Shown here: piece after piece, positions 24,717-34,056 of the stretch
Layout of the letters: each line of letters opens with the position of its first letter
Position numbering within the stretch: the first letter of the stretch is position 1
DNA from: Chitinophaga pinensis
GTDB lineage: Bacteria > Bacteroidota > Bacteroidia > CAMBQF01
Assembly (NCBI GenBank): GCA_945869825.1
Contig: CAMBQF010000002.1
Coordinates: 1-60,047, forward strand
Direction: 5' to 3'
DNA: 60,047 nucleotides
Program-made: the position numbers and the translations under genes
The notes under the pieces: model-generated
Database searches by the model: none
Seen by the model: the letters and a program-made list of their open reading frames with translations, nothing else
Told to the model about the DNA's origin: nothing

Positions 24717-27700
24717 CTATTCTAACCCCTGCATACGGTTTATAAAATCTTTCTTCTTACGGTCGGTACCAGCATTAAAGCGGTACGGTTTTTCTCCGTT
24801 TTTAGTGTCCAGTGCGCGTTTTTCCGGATCAATGCCTTTTATCACATCGTTAAACGCAGCCGAACCTGAAAGAGCCTGCATCTCGCCAGCTGAGTAATAA
24901 AAATAGTACCAGTTGCTTCCGTCGGGCTCTATGTAAATATGGAACACATCGCCACCGCGTTTTTTAACCAGCTCTACATAGCCTTTTATTTTCTTATTAA
25001 CTGGTTCGCCACCAATGTAAGCAATACCTAAATCGCCTTTAGATATGTATGAGCGCGATGTTGAATTCCACTCAAAGGTTATATCACTAAACACAATGGT
25101 TTTCTTAAACTCATCAGGCATTTTCTTCATTGCACCTCCACTACCCACTTCGCTCACAGCACGGTCGGCATCTTTCTTATCCTTTACAATATATGGTATT
25201 GCCTTTTTAAACTTCTCCGTATTCTGGCTTGCCGGCGGAATAGAACCATAGGTAATCAATAGGTTAGTCATCTGTTTCCAGCAATCAGGCGGAAGGAAGA
25301 AGTCCATCGTCATCACCACATCAAACGTAGTTTTCTCGGTAGCCATACTATTATCAACCGTACCCACAACAGCCGTTGTAACACGGCCATAATCTGTACC
25401 AAGATTCATTACCCCTTCGCCATTCACATCGCAGGTTTTGTTGTTTAACGATATGTATTGCCCTGGTATGTTGTTATTACCCAGTTTCTCTTTTGAGCCT
25501 ATCTGGTATTCACCAGATGCAACATCGTAAGTTAAAAAGCCCATGGCAGAGATGATATCCACATCGGCTGCGCGGAATTTTTTAGAGATAACAGCAGGGT
25601 AAATATGGGTAGAGTCTTTTACCAGTATTAAACCGGCAGAGAGCTTATCGCCATCCAGCGACATTGGCATGGTATCAACCGGAATGTACACTTCTTTCGG
25701 ATCGATAATAGTTGCAAACTTCAACCAGTATTTAGCCAGTTTATCGCAGGCATGGCGCATACGCGCGCCACCGGTAAAGGTCATGTTAGGGTTGCTGGCC
25801 GTAAAGTTAACTGCTCCTTTAAAATCAAATGCTGGGCTAATAGTAAACTTGGCATCCTCGCCAATTTCGCCATAGCCTTTGGTATTCCCTGCAGGGTCTA
25901 CACCAATGCTGCTAATGGCAATGGGTTGCTTTTTACCTGCTTCGTCAAGGTAATCAATCATGCCAGAGCCTGAGTAACCCTTGCGACTAAAAATGGAAGC
26001 TGTAGCATTGTATATATTGTAGAATTTAGAATCACGGTTGGCATCAACTTTAGCATTTTTCAAATCTTCCATACGGCCGCTTTTCTCAATACGCACATTA
26101 CCATCGCCTGGAAAAACGCGTGCATCGGCAACATCAACATAGGGAACTTTGCTACAGTATATTGTTTTCTCTTTGAGATTGAAACGAGCCTGCGCAGCAA
26201 TAAATGTCAACGAGTCCTGCCCAGGGTCGGTAGACACGAACTTGGCACCCAAAAGATCTACATCTTTAATTGTACTATTCAAATCCACCTCATCTTTATC
26301 CATGTTCCATCGCATCTCATCCATATAACATACATACTTGTTGATGGGAAAATCGACATATGAATCTTTAGAATTTGATTTGAATTTACCTTCGCGGCTG
26401 TTCATACTCACATCGGCCTTAACGTTGCCAGTTGAAAATGCCACCTCTTTATCTTCTTTGTTAGTTGCGCCGTCCTTTAGTGATGTTAACCTAAAGTCGA
26501 GCGAGTCTGATTTAAAATCGTCTTTCTTAAACTTAAAGTCTTTTGATTCCAGCTCAGCCGATGCTAAGTCCATAAGGCCTTTGCCACGGACACCCGCCTT
26601 ACCCACCTGTATGGTACCCTTTAGTTTCGATTCTTCTTTGTACATCAACAGCGGCTTGGTGGTGTTCGATACAAAGAAGGAATTTTCTTTTTTAGTATCC
26701 CAATGTATTTTAACATCCTGTGCTTTAATATCGGGAAACTCCGCACCGTCTTTAACCGCCTTTAGCATGTCAAACTTACGGGCCTGGGCGTTCATAGAGT
26801 CGGGGTAGAAAATAAAGTTGCTCGACTCTGCAGTAGATGCCAGATAAGTAAGCTTACCTGCACCACGCAAACCATTATTGCTTAGCATTAAGGTATCGCT
26901 AAAGGTTGCTTTATTTTTATAAATAGGTAAACCCGCAGATGCTGTCATTTGCATAAAGCCCAGCGAAAGGTCGGGCTGTACACGTATCTTCTCGCGCATA
27001 TCTTCAAATATGCCTGCTGATGAAAATGTGCCATCCAGCGCAAGAGCACTGGGGTCAAAATTATCCAGCGAGTCGATAGTAAATGGGTCTAGCTTAAAGT
27101 AGAAATTATCGCGCTTGTAAACACCTTGCTCAATGTTTTTCCTGTCGTAATATACAAACGAGTTTTTGGCGCTGTTAAATATGGGGTATTGGGTAAAAGG
27201 CTTAAGGCCAGATTTATTGTAGGGTTGGTCAATAAGCAAATCGCCCGTAATGTTTTCTATCTGCGATTTTAAGCGAACCGTTTTTACGTTGCCATATTCG
27301 TCTTTGTCGCCCTGGGGTATGCGTATTTTAGTAGAGTCAACGTTTTTAAGCTCAAGCTTAAACTTATCATACAAAAACTCAAACTCTTTTCCATATAACT
27401 CAAAGTTACCGGCCATAATTAAGCCAGAGAAATTAAAGTCGCGGTTTTTCTTAACCAATACCTCGCGATTTTGCGGAAAGATTACCACACGTTGCGAATC
27501 CGACAAAAATATTTTTTGCACACCGTAAATCTTCAAATCGTAATTAAGCAGGTTGATGGTGGCGTTGCGCCCTTTGCTACGGGTGGTATCTCGTAAGTCA
27601 GCTGATGATAAAAACTGTATTACATCATAATCTGTTTTGCCTGCTTTGGAGTTTATATAATCCAGCGTTTTGTCTTTTATATAGCCTCTTTCCGCTTCAA

Positions 27701-29198
27701 TATCATATAGTAAAAAGCCCATGTTGGCCAGGCGCATCAACATTTGGCGCACCTGCGTAATGTCTATTTTCCAAAAGCCTGCAAGGTCGCCCGCTTTAAA
27801 ATCGCGCTTGCCACCGTTGCGCTGGTTCATAAAGTTGCGTATAATTATAAGCGGGTTTTGTGGGTCTATACCTTGTATCTCGGTAAAACGGCGGTCTTCA
27901 TAAAAGTTTGCCGACTCAAAGTTGGCATCGCCCTGGTTGGTACCTTTAATGGGGCGCAGCTCAATAAGAGGCTGGTCTGTGCGCCAATACAAGGCCTCAA
28001 AATACATATCTATTTTATGGAAGGTGTTGAAGTACGGGCTAAAGCCTGTGCCTTCTTTTTCTCGCAATAGCGATACTAACTTATCTTTAATAAAGTACTT
28101 AAAGTTGAGGCCCGGGTGGTAGATAGAGTCTTCATTTAAAAAAAAGGTTACCGAGGCTACCTTGGCATCGAACCTGTCATCGCGGATAGACATACTCTTA
28201 GAGCTTACTACCAGAAATTTCTTTTTATCGCGGTTAAAAGTAAACTTAGCCATTTGGTCTCCAACTCCCGAGCCTATAAGCTTAGCACCTGCAATGGTTA
28301 TACCGCCTTCGTAATCAACATCGGGCGCTATATTTTTTATAACAAACTCGCTTTTGTACGATTTGAATTTGGGGTACGATGCCCTGTTGGTATCCACATC
28401 AGCAATTACCCGTTCTTCCAGCGACCCTTGTATAGGCACATCAAAGTATTTTTTGTAGTGCATGGTTACTGAGTCGGCTGTGTATTTAGGGTTTTTAACG
28501 CTAAGGCTATAGACTTTTAAGTCAGCATATACATCGTCTTTTTTAGCACCGGCACGCTCCCACGTTACCTTGCCGTTTTTACCATCCCACTTAAATTTAA
28601 GCGGATAATATATGCCCGATGTGTTGTAGATAACAGCACTGTCGCCTTTGGCACGGCATATCAGGTTACACGAGCTGAATATTATCTTAGGCACACTATC
28701 AAACTGAAAGCTAAAGTTACCGTTGCTTGATAGCCAGGTAGACCCCGGCGATGCATACATGGTATTAGCCGACAGCAGGTTATCGGTCATCTCTAAAAAA
28801 TTGGTAAACTGTGCCGAAGATATCCGTTTGTTTGCCAGCAATTTGTCTATGGAATTTTGCCAGCCCTTTAAGCTCTCGTGCGGTTGGTTTTTATTGGCAA
28901 AGCCATACACCGTATTTACAAAGCTTTTAAACGGGGGCACCAACAAACGTTTTTTCGACATGGTATTGGCCAGCGCGTAAATCCACTTGCGTTCTTCGGG
29001 GGTGTAGTAGCTGCCGCTCCATACAGGCTCAAACTTTTCACGCCAGTCTTTGGCGTCCCGTTTGTCGGCTTCGGCAAAAAGGTCGTATAACTCGTCAACA
29101 AACTTAACAGGATCTTCGGTAAAAACACGCGGTGCCTGAGCCTTAAGTTGCATAAAACCAAGCACAAACAACAACGCAATAATATGTTTCAATTTCAT
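24717..29198 (-). CDS. large (1493 aa) secreted protein of unknown function
   Basis: Cleavable signal peptide MKLKHIIALLFVLGFMQLKAQA and a long uninterrupted ORF with normal composition. No motif I can assign. The stop lies 9 nt upstream of the Sua5-type gene start. Confidence 0.8.
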   Translation of the reverse strand: MKLKHIIALLFVLGFMQLKAQAPRVFTEDPVKFVDELYDLFAEADKRDAKDWREKFEPVWSGSYYTPEERKWIYALANTMSKKRLLVPPFKSFVNTVYGFANKNQPHESLKGWQNSIDKLLANKRISSAQFTNFLEMTDNLLSANTMYASPGSTWLSSNGNFSFQFDSVPKIIFSSCNLICRAKGDSAVIYNTSGIYYPLKFKWDGKNGKVTWERAGAKKDDVYADLKVYSLSVKNPKYTADSVTMHYKKYFDVPIQGSLEERVIADVDTNRASYPKFKSYKSEFVIKNIAPDVDYEGGITIAGAKLIGSGVGDQMAKFTFNRDKKKFLVVSSKSMSIRDDRFDAKVASVTFFLNEDSIYHPGLNFKYFIKDKLVSLLREKEGTGFSPYFNTFHKIDMYFEALYWRTDQPLIELRPIKGTNQGDANFESANFYEDRRFTEIQGIDPQNPLIIIRNFMNQRNGGKRDFKAGDLAGFWKIDITQVRQMLMRLANMGFLLYDIEAERGYIKDKTLDYINSKAGKTDYDVIQFLSSADLRDTTRSKGRNATINLLNYDLKIYGVQKIFLSDSQRVVIFPQNREVLVKKNRDFNFSGLIMAGNFELYGKEFEFLYDKFKLELKNVDSTKIRIPQGDKDEYGNVKTVRLKSQIENITGDLLIDQPYNKSGLKPFTQYPIFNSAKNSFVYYDRKNIEQGVYKRDNFYFKLDPFTIDSLDNFDPSALALDGTFSSAGIFEDMREKIRVQPDLSLGFMQMTASAGLPIYKNKATFSDTLMLSNNGLRGAGKLTYLASTAESSNFIFYPDSMNAQARKFDMLKAVKDGAEFPDIKAQDVKIHWDTKKENSFFVSNTTKPLLMYKEESKLKGTIQVGKAGVRGKGLMDLASAELESKDFKFKKDDFKSDSLDFRLTSLKDGATNKEDKEVAFSTGNVKADVSMNSREGKFKSNSKDSYVDFPINKYVCYMDEMRWNMDKDEVDLNSTIKDVDLLGAKFVSTDPGQDSLTFIAAQARFNLKEKTIYCSKVPYVDVADARVFPGDGNVRIEKSGRMEDLKNAKVDANRDSKFYNIYNATASIFSRKGYSGSGMIDYLDEAGKKQPIAISSIGVDPAGNTKGYGEIGEDAKFTISPAFDFKGAVNFTASNPNMTFTGGARMRHACDKLAKYWLKFATIIDPKEVYIPVDTMPMSLDGDKLSAGLILVKDSTHIYPAVISKKFRAADVDIISAMGFLTYDVASGEYQIGSKEKLGNNNIPGQYISLNNKTCDVNGEGVMNLGTDYGRVTTAVVGTVDNSMATEKTTFDVVMTMDFFLPPDCWKQMTNLLITYGSIPPASQNTEKFKKAIPYIVKDKKDADRAVSEVGSGGAMKKMPDEFKKTIVFSDITFEWNSTSRSYISKGDLGIAYIGGEPVNKKIKGYVELVKKRGGDVFHIYIEPDGSNWYYFYYSAGEMQALSGSAAFNDVIKGIDPEKRALDTKNGEKPYRFNAGTDRKKKDFINRMQGLE

Positions 29199-29275
29199 AG
29201 AGCCAATTGTAGGAGGTGTAAAGTTAACGGATTAGCCCGATAATAGGTTTAGCGAGTTATTAACTACTTTTTTGG

Positions 29276-29310
29276 GGATAGGTTGTAGGGGTTAGGGTAT
29301 AGGTATAGAG
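29276..29310 (-). repeat. five-unit heptanucleotide array (plus strand GGATAGG TTGTAGG GGTTAGG GTATAGG TATAGAG)
   Basis: Period-7 TAGG core (TAGA in the last unit) and no C on the plus strand. Read on the minus strand it begins 10 nt after the stop of the 137-aa membrane protein gene. Confidence 0.8.
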
Positions 29311-29320
29311 ATTTCATGTA

Positions 29321-29734
29321 TTACGTAATTTTAACTATCCTAATACCTTTATCTTTAAGAAAATTACAGATAAAGAAATATTCGCTACTCTTTCTTTCTA
29401 CAAACTTTATACTTTTAGTGTCTTTAAAAACAACAAACCTCCACCCTGTATCTTTGAAAGATATATCATTAATTTCTATCCTATCAATGTCATTATAGGA
29501 AGTAACCTCAACACGCCCAAAAATGTCCTTTTCTTCAAAATAATCATTGTAAAAACTAATGCTTTTAGCAATCCTGAATATGAGATAAGAATATAGAAGC
29601 AGCAAGACTATTGTAATTACCAATGCTTGCCAAATAAGCCATACTTTTAACAACAAGGCGCAACATATTATAAAAATCAGGAAACCAATTCCAATAGCAA
29701 TGTCTGATTTAATATGATGTATGCGCTTGCTCAC
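29321..29734 (-). CDS. small membrane protein (two TM helices plus a short C-terminal domain), AT-rich
   Basis: IAIGIGFLIFIICCALLL and ALVITIVLLLLYSYLIF are hydrophobic helices. Last gene of a 4-gene co-directional cluster. Confidence 0.55.
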   Translation of the reverse strand: MSKRIHHIKSDIAIGIGFLIFIICCALLLKVWLIWQALVITIVLLLLYSYLIFRIAKSISFYNDYFEEKDIFGRVEVTSYNDIDRIEINDISFKDTGWRFVVFKDTKSIKFVERKSSEYFFICNFLKDKGIRIVKIT

Positions 29735-29747
29735 TTGCTTTATCCGG

Positions 29748-30389
29748 TTACTCTCTGTCCTTGCACTCCATTATCAGCATTTGGCCATAGGTATAGGTAA
29801 TTTCAACAAAGCCATCTTTTACCGCCTCGTTGCTGGTACCGGCCCGATGGCCCAGCACCAAATCCTCATGTACCAGAGGAAATTTTAAGTTACTGGTGAT
29901 GATGCCTTTTACCGTGCCTACGGGTATTAGCGATATGATGGTACCGGCAGTGTAAAATTTACGAAAGCCCTTGCCAATAGGGTATATTACCGAATAATCA
30001 TCGTACATGGTTAAATGCGCATGCGATGCGTAGCGCACCATATTGGTGATGTTGGTAATGGTATGGTCGGCACGCCAGCCGGTGGCCCAGATAATATCTA
30101 TGTTTTTATACCCACGGGCAATGGCCAGTTCTATGCCTTTGTCAAGGTCTGTTTTTTCCTGGTCGGGGGCGTATATAATCTCTGAATTAGGTAATAATTC
30201 CTTGGCCTCATTAATATCAAAACGGTCAAAATCGCCCAGCAATACATCAACATGTATCAGTTGCTCCAGCACCCGCAGCAGCGACCCATCTAACGCAATC
30301 ACAAATGGCTTTTCGCGCAACAGCCCTTTAGTCAACCCAAGCGAACACGCCTCTCCGTTGGCAATAATCAAACATCGTTTTCCCTCCAT
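29748..30389 (-). CDS. thiamine diphosphokinase
   Basis: IIANGE...ALDGS...LGDFDR...DQEKTD motifs and a ~210-aa length typical of TPK. The ATG overlaps the upstream stop (TAATG). Confidence 0.75.
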   Translation of the reverse strand: MEGKRCLIIANGEACSLGLTKGLLREKPFVIALDGSLLRVLEQLIHVDVLLGDFDRFDINEAKELLPNSEIIYAPDQEKTDLDKGIELAIARGYKNIDIIWATGWRADHTITNITNMVRYASHAHLTMYDDYSVIYPIGKGFRKFYTAGTIISLIPVGTVKGIITSNLKFPLVHEDLVLGHRAGTSNEAVKDGFVEITYTYGQMLIMECKDRE

Positions 30390-31909
30390 TAATCTACTAT
30401 ATCTCCGGGCAGGGTTTCCGGTTTCACCTTTACCCCGTCAAATTTTACTTCAATACCATATTCATAGTCGGTATACATATACACCATACCGTCTGTGTTA
30501 AACTTGCGCCATAAGCCATTCCGCTTACCCGACACGTACCCCCCCTCCTCTTTCTCCTTTCCGTTTTTAAAATACCAGATATGCTTGCCCTCGGGCTGGC
30601 CATTAGCATACTTGCCTTCAAAAGCCAATTCGCCGGTTGGATAGTAGTGTTTCCACACGCTGTTTTGTTCGCCGTCATTATACTCGCCCTCCATCTTCAC
30701 ATCACCACTGTATTCAAGCCATACGCCCTGCTTATAACCCATCACATAATCGCCTTTGGCAATAACGGTATTGGTATCAGAATATTCGGTAGAAAAGCCA
30801 TCTTCCAACCCATTTATATAGCCTTCTTCGCGGCGTAAGGTGCCATCTTCATAAAACCATTTCCACTGGCCGTTGGGTTTGCCGTTTTTGTAGCTACCTG
30901 TTTGTTCCAACTTAGCCGATGGATAATAATACTTCCATACGCCTGTGCGTTTACTATCCGTATAATTTCCTTCACCACGCAATTCGCCCGTAGGGTAAAA
31001 CTCTTTCCAAAACCCCTGCAACAACCCAAGGCTATCGCTCATCCCCTCGCCAGACAGTGCACCATTATCATACAGTTTTGATGAATATTTTTTTGATGTA
31101 TCGGTATACTCCACATGCAAACCTATGGGTCTTCCATCAAGGTACGTGCCTTTGTTCCAGGTGCGGGTGGGCTTATCGTAAGTTACTTTAGCGTCAAACT
31201 TAGCGGTGCTTTCCGTATTGTTGGTTACTATTATATCATCCTTGTACAATATTACCAGCTTGGCGCTTCCGTTAGGATAATACTCACGGTAGTAGCCGTT
31301 CTTTTTATCATCGCGATAGGTAACTTCCGTTTGTATTTTCCCATCGGGGTAAATGGTCCGCCACTCACCCTGGCGCATGCCGCTTTTGTCTTTGCGGTTT
31401 ATCTTTTCCTGAAAGGATAAGAACCCACTTTTATACTGCATGCGGGTAATGATGGTGCTGTCCTGCTCAAACTCATACGCCCAGCCATCTTCGCGGCCTT
31501 TATCATACCATGTTTTGGTTTTTATCTTTCCGTTTGGATAATAGCTATACGTATACCCATTGCGAATGTCATCAATAAAATTTTCGCTGTATTCTATAGC
31601 GCCCAACTCATCATACGTACTACGTGAGCCATTTTTCTTACCATTTTTATAGGTAATGGCACTGGTGATAATGCCTTTATCGTTATAAAATTTCCACGTG
31701 CTGTCCAGCTGAAAGTTAACCCTGTTGCCTTCTGATTTTAGTTTACCATTTTCGTGATACGATTTCCAATACCCATCGGGCTTGCCATTAACCAGGTTAC
31801 CCTCGCTAAGCAGCTTGCCGTTGTCATAAAAATATTGCACAGGGCCTGTTTGCGCCGCACCTATTGTTATAAAACAACAAAACAGTAATATGGAAAGCAG
31901 CTTCCTCAA
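30389..31909 (-). CDS. MORN-repeat (YwqK-like) secreted protein, 506 aa
   Basis: About 15 or more repeats of G.W..YY.NGk.k.eg.Y..Gk..G. Signal peptide MRKLLSILLFCCFITIGAAQ. The TTG start overlaps the TGA stop of the upstream gene (ATTGA). Confidence 0.75.
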   Translation of the reverse strand: MRKLLSILLFCCFITIGAAQTGPVQYFYDNGKLLSEGNLVNGKPDGYWKSYHENGKLKSEGNRVNFQLDSTWKFYNDKGIITSAITYKNGKKNGSRSTYDELGAIEYSENFIDDIRNGYTYSYYPNGKIKTKTWYDKGREDGWAYEFEQDSTIITRMQYKSGFLSFQEKINRKDKSGMRQGEWRTIYPDGKIQTEVTYRDDKKNGYYREYYPNGSAKLVILYKDDIIVTNNTESTAKFDAKVTYDKPTRTWNKGTYLDGRPIGLHVEYTDTSKKYSSKLYDNGALSGEGMSDSLGLLQGFWKEFYPTGELRGEGNYTDSKRTGVWKYYYPSAKLEQTGSYKNGKPNGQWKWFYEDGTLRREEGYINGLEDGFSTEYSDTNTVIAKGDYVMGYKQGVWLEYSGDVKMEGEYNDGEQNSVWKHYYPTGELAFEGKYANGQPEGKHIWYFKNGKEKEEGGYVSGKRNGLWRKFNTDGMVYMYTDYEYGIEVKFDGVKVKPETLPGDIVD

Positions 31910-33522
31910 TTTACCTTCTCAATGGTGTAATACAATTTAAACCCCTTTTCCATTTTAAACTTGCTGCAAGGGCACACATCAATATTTACGCCCTCTTGTG
32001 GCAGCAACTCAAACTTTTGCTGCGTAGTAATACCCTCCACTTTGTGCCATGCTGCAGCATCGCCAAAGTGATCATCTAAACACCCGTGTAGGGCTACTTG
32101 TTTCAAATTCAGCTTATCGCTTTTGTGCAACATCTGTTTGGTATCAGCATTGCAGGGCGAATGGTCATCTACTATATGCCCGAATGAAAGGTCCATACCA
32201 TCAGCTTCCCAACCGGTTACATATATCCTAAAGTCTTTACCCGAAGGCACGTTTATGTAAAAATCTTCTTCAATTTTAAAGTTGCGGCGGTAGGTTTTGC
32301 CCAGGCCTTTATCCAGCACATCTTTTTTAGTACCAAACAAATCATTCAAGAAAAGCCAGTTGCCACCAACATCCATAAACACCCTAAACTCTGACGGGGT
32401 TAAGAACTCTTTGCGCTTTTTTATCTTCAGCTTTTTCACGTGAACTTTGACCCTGTTCACTGCACCATTGGTTGTGCCTGTGTCTTCATCCCAATACAAA
32501 TACAATGAATAAGCCAACACAGCGGTATCAGCATCAGTCCATGGGATAGATACATTGCACAAACCCGTAGCTTGGTCTATAGCTAAGTTTACATTGCCGT
32601 TATAAGAGTTGCCTTGCGCCTTTTCTAACCTTGCCAAAAGTTTTGCATTAGCCGATGGTTTAGGCAGCGTGTTTTTAACTGTAAAATTGTAGGTGCGCCC
32701 CGCCATTTTAACAGGATTTACAAAAGCGGGCTGGCCGGGCAGGTTGTTGTAAAAAGTACCGCCATTGCCGCTGGCATATATATCTACCAATGTAGCGTAT
32801 GGACCGTCAATAGATGTTTTGGCAGGCAATGCACGCTGTATGGCTAAAAAGCGCATGGGGTGTATTTCTGCCTCGGCGGGTGGGTGGCCACGGTCCCAAA
32901 TCCATAAGCCCTCTATATGCACCCAATCGCCTGTCGTAGGCCAGTTCCAAATATAATCGCCCCGTTGGTGCCCTGTAGTTGAAAAGCCACAGCTTTTACC
33001 CAACCTGTTAAGCGCCGCGCAAGGGTTACCCGGGTTGCTTTGCCCAAGGCCACTCTCCCACTCCACATGCACATCGTGCTGCCGGGTTGTGTCGCCCGGT
33101 TTTCGTACCCCGTCAAACTCTTCTACAATATGGGTTTCTGTCCCCGTAAAAACCTGGTAGGCTAGCATATGTTGGAAAGCCGAATCGGGGGTAACGTTAA
33201 AGCACATATCGTGCGTGTAATGGAATAGGGGTAAATCTTCGTAACTAACCAAAGGGCCGTTATTAATGCCGAATTTATCTACCCCGCTTTTTACCATCCC
33301 TTCTAAGACCACCACGGTATCTTTACCTGCAACAGGAACCCATGTAGGCATTATGCGGTTTACATCCTGTATGGTTTTTATACCAAACAGTTTAATGGTA
33401 TCAAAACAAGGTGTGCAGCCCACTTCTGATTCTGTTGAATACCTTGTACGTTGCCCGTTGGCAATCGTAAATAACAGAAGTAAAACAACTATAATGAAAA
33501 GACTTGGATACCTAACTGGCAT
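31906..33522 (-). CDS. secreted protein of unknown function, 538 aa, His/Trp-rich conserved-looking core
   Basis: N-terminal hydrophobic signal SLFIIVVLLLLFTIANGQ and motifs HDVHVEWESGLG, GHQRGDYIWNWP and LWIWDRGHPPAEAEIHP. No family recognised. It has its own TATATTTG box 18 nt upstream. Confidence 0.7.
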   Translation of the reverse strand: MPVRYPSLFIIVVLLLLFTIANGQRTRYSTESEVGCTPCFDTIKLFGIKTIQDVNRIMPTWVPVAGKDTVVVLEGMVKSGVDKFGINNGPLVSYEDLPLFHYTHDMCFNVTPDSAFQHMLAYQVFTGTETHIVEEFDGVRKPGDTTRQHDVHVEWESGLGQSNPGNPCAALNRLGKSCGFSTTGHQRGDYIWNWPTTGDWVHIEGLWIWDRGHPPAEAEIHPMRFLAIQRALPAKTSIDGPYATLVDIYASGNGGTFYNNLPGQPAFVNPVKMAGRTYNFTVKNTLPKPSANAKLLARLEKAQGNSYNGNVNLAIDQATGLCNVSIPWTDADTAVLAYSLYLYWDEDTGTTNGAVNRVKVHVKKLKIKKRKEFLTPSEFRVFMDVGGNWLFLNDLFGTKKDVLDKGLGKTYRRNFKIEEDFYINVPSGKDFRIYVTGWEADGMDLSFGHIVDDHSPCNADTKQMLHKSDKLNLKQVALHGCLDDHFGDAAAWHKVEGITTQQKFELLPQEGVNIDVCPCSKFKMEKGFKLYYTIEKVN

Positions 33523-33540
33523 GTGGTATATTATTTATGC

Positions 33541-33548
33541 CAAATATA
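33541..33548 (-). promoter_or_regulatory. -7 promoter box TATATTTG, 538-aa unknown gene (operon start)
   Basis: Exact consensus match on the minus strand, 18 nt upstream of ATG 33522. Confidence 0.5.
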
Positions 33549-33579
33549 GGAAAGAAAGGGCTTTGGCTTGCACAATGGG

Positions 33580-33975
33580 TTAGCGCAAAAGAGAAGCCCG
33601 CGTTAAAAAATGGTTTACAATATGCGAACCTGCAATAAACAATGCACCAAAGGCATGTAGCAGGTAGCTGTGAGCAAGGTTTAAAAAGGTGCCGGCAGCA
33701 ATTAATAAAAAGCCGGTAATGCAAATTGCCAAGGCAGTAAGCTTTTGATGGTAGCTAAAATAGCCTCGGAATAAGGATATGGATGCAATGGCAAAACTGA
33801 TAGCAATAATAATTGCTTCGAACAAGGGGTTGGCTAAAAAGGCAAGGCCTGTCATAGGCAACGAAGCAAGCAACAAAGGCATAAAAGCGCAATGCACAGC
33901 ACAGATAAACGAGGCTATAAAGCCAGCTGTATCTAAACGGGTAGATTGTTTGTATGTACTTTGAATATCTTCCAT
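33580..33975 (-). CDS. MerC-domain-like small membrane protein (putative metal transporter)
   Basis: Four hydrophobic helices with the Cys motif FICAVHCAFMPLL in the first. Start taken at MEDIQS (33975). Divergent from a Fur-family gene. Confidence 0.55.
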   Translation of the reverse strand: MEDIQSTYKQSTRLDTAGFIASFICAVHCAFMPLLLASLPMTGLAFLANPLFEAIIIAISFAIASISLFRGYFSYHQKLTALAICITGFLLIAAGTFLNLAHSYLLHAFGALFIAGSHIVNHFLTRASLLR

Positions 33976-33989
33976 TTTAATTATCGTTG

Positions 33990-33997
33990 CAAAAATA
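33990..33997 (-). promoter_or_regulatory. -7 promoter box TATTTTTG, MerC-like gene
   Basis: Exact consensus match on the minus strand, 14 nt upstream of ATG 33975. Confidence 0.45.
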
Positions 33998-34001
33998 CAA
34001 C

Positions 34002-34026
34002 TTATTTGCAACAATGTTGCAAATAA
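34002..34026. promoter_or_regulatory. perfect 11-3-11 palindrome TTATTTGCAAC-AAT-GTTGCAAATAA (candidate Fur-family operator)
   Basis: All 11 arm positions are complementary. It sits between the divergent -7 boxes of the MerC-like and Fur-family genes. A third GTTGCAAAAATA half-site lies at 33986-33997. Confidence 0.6.
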
Positions 34027-34041
34027 CCGATTGAATTTTTA

Positions 34042-34049
34042 TAATTTTG
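34042..34049 (+). promoter_or_regulatory. -7 promoter box TAATTTTG, Fur-family gene
   Basis: Exact consensus match, 7 nt upstream of ATG 34057. Confidence 0.5.
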
Positions 34050-34056
34050 TAGTGGA

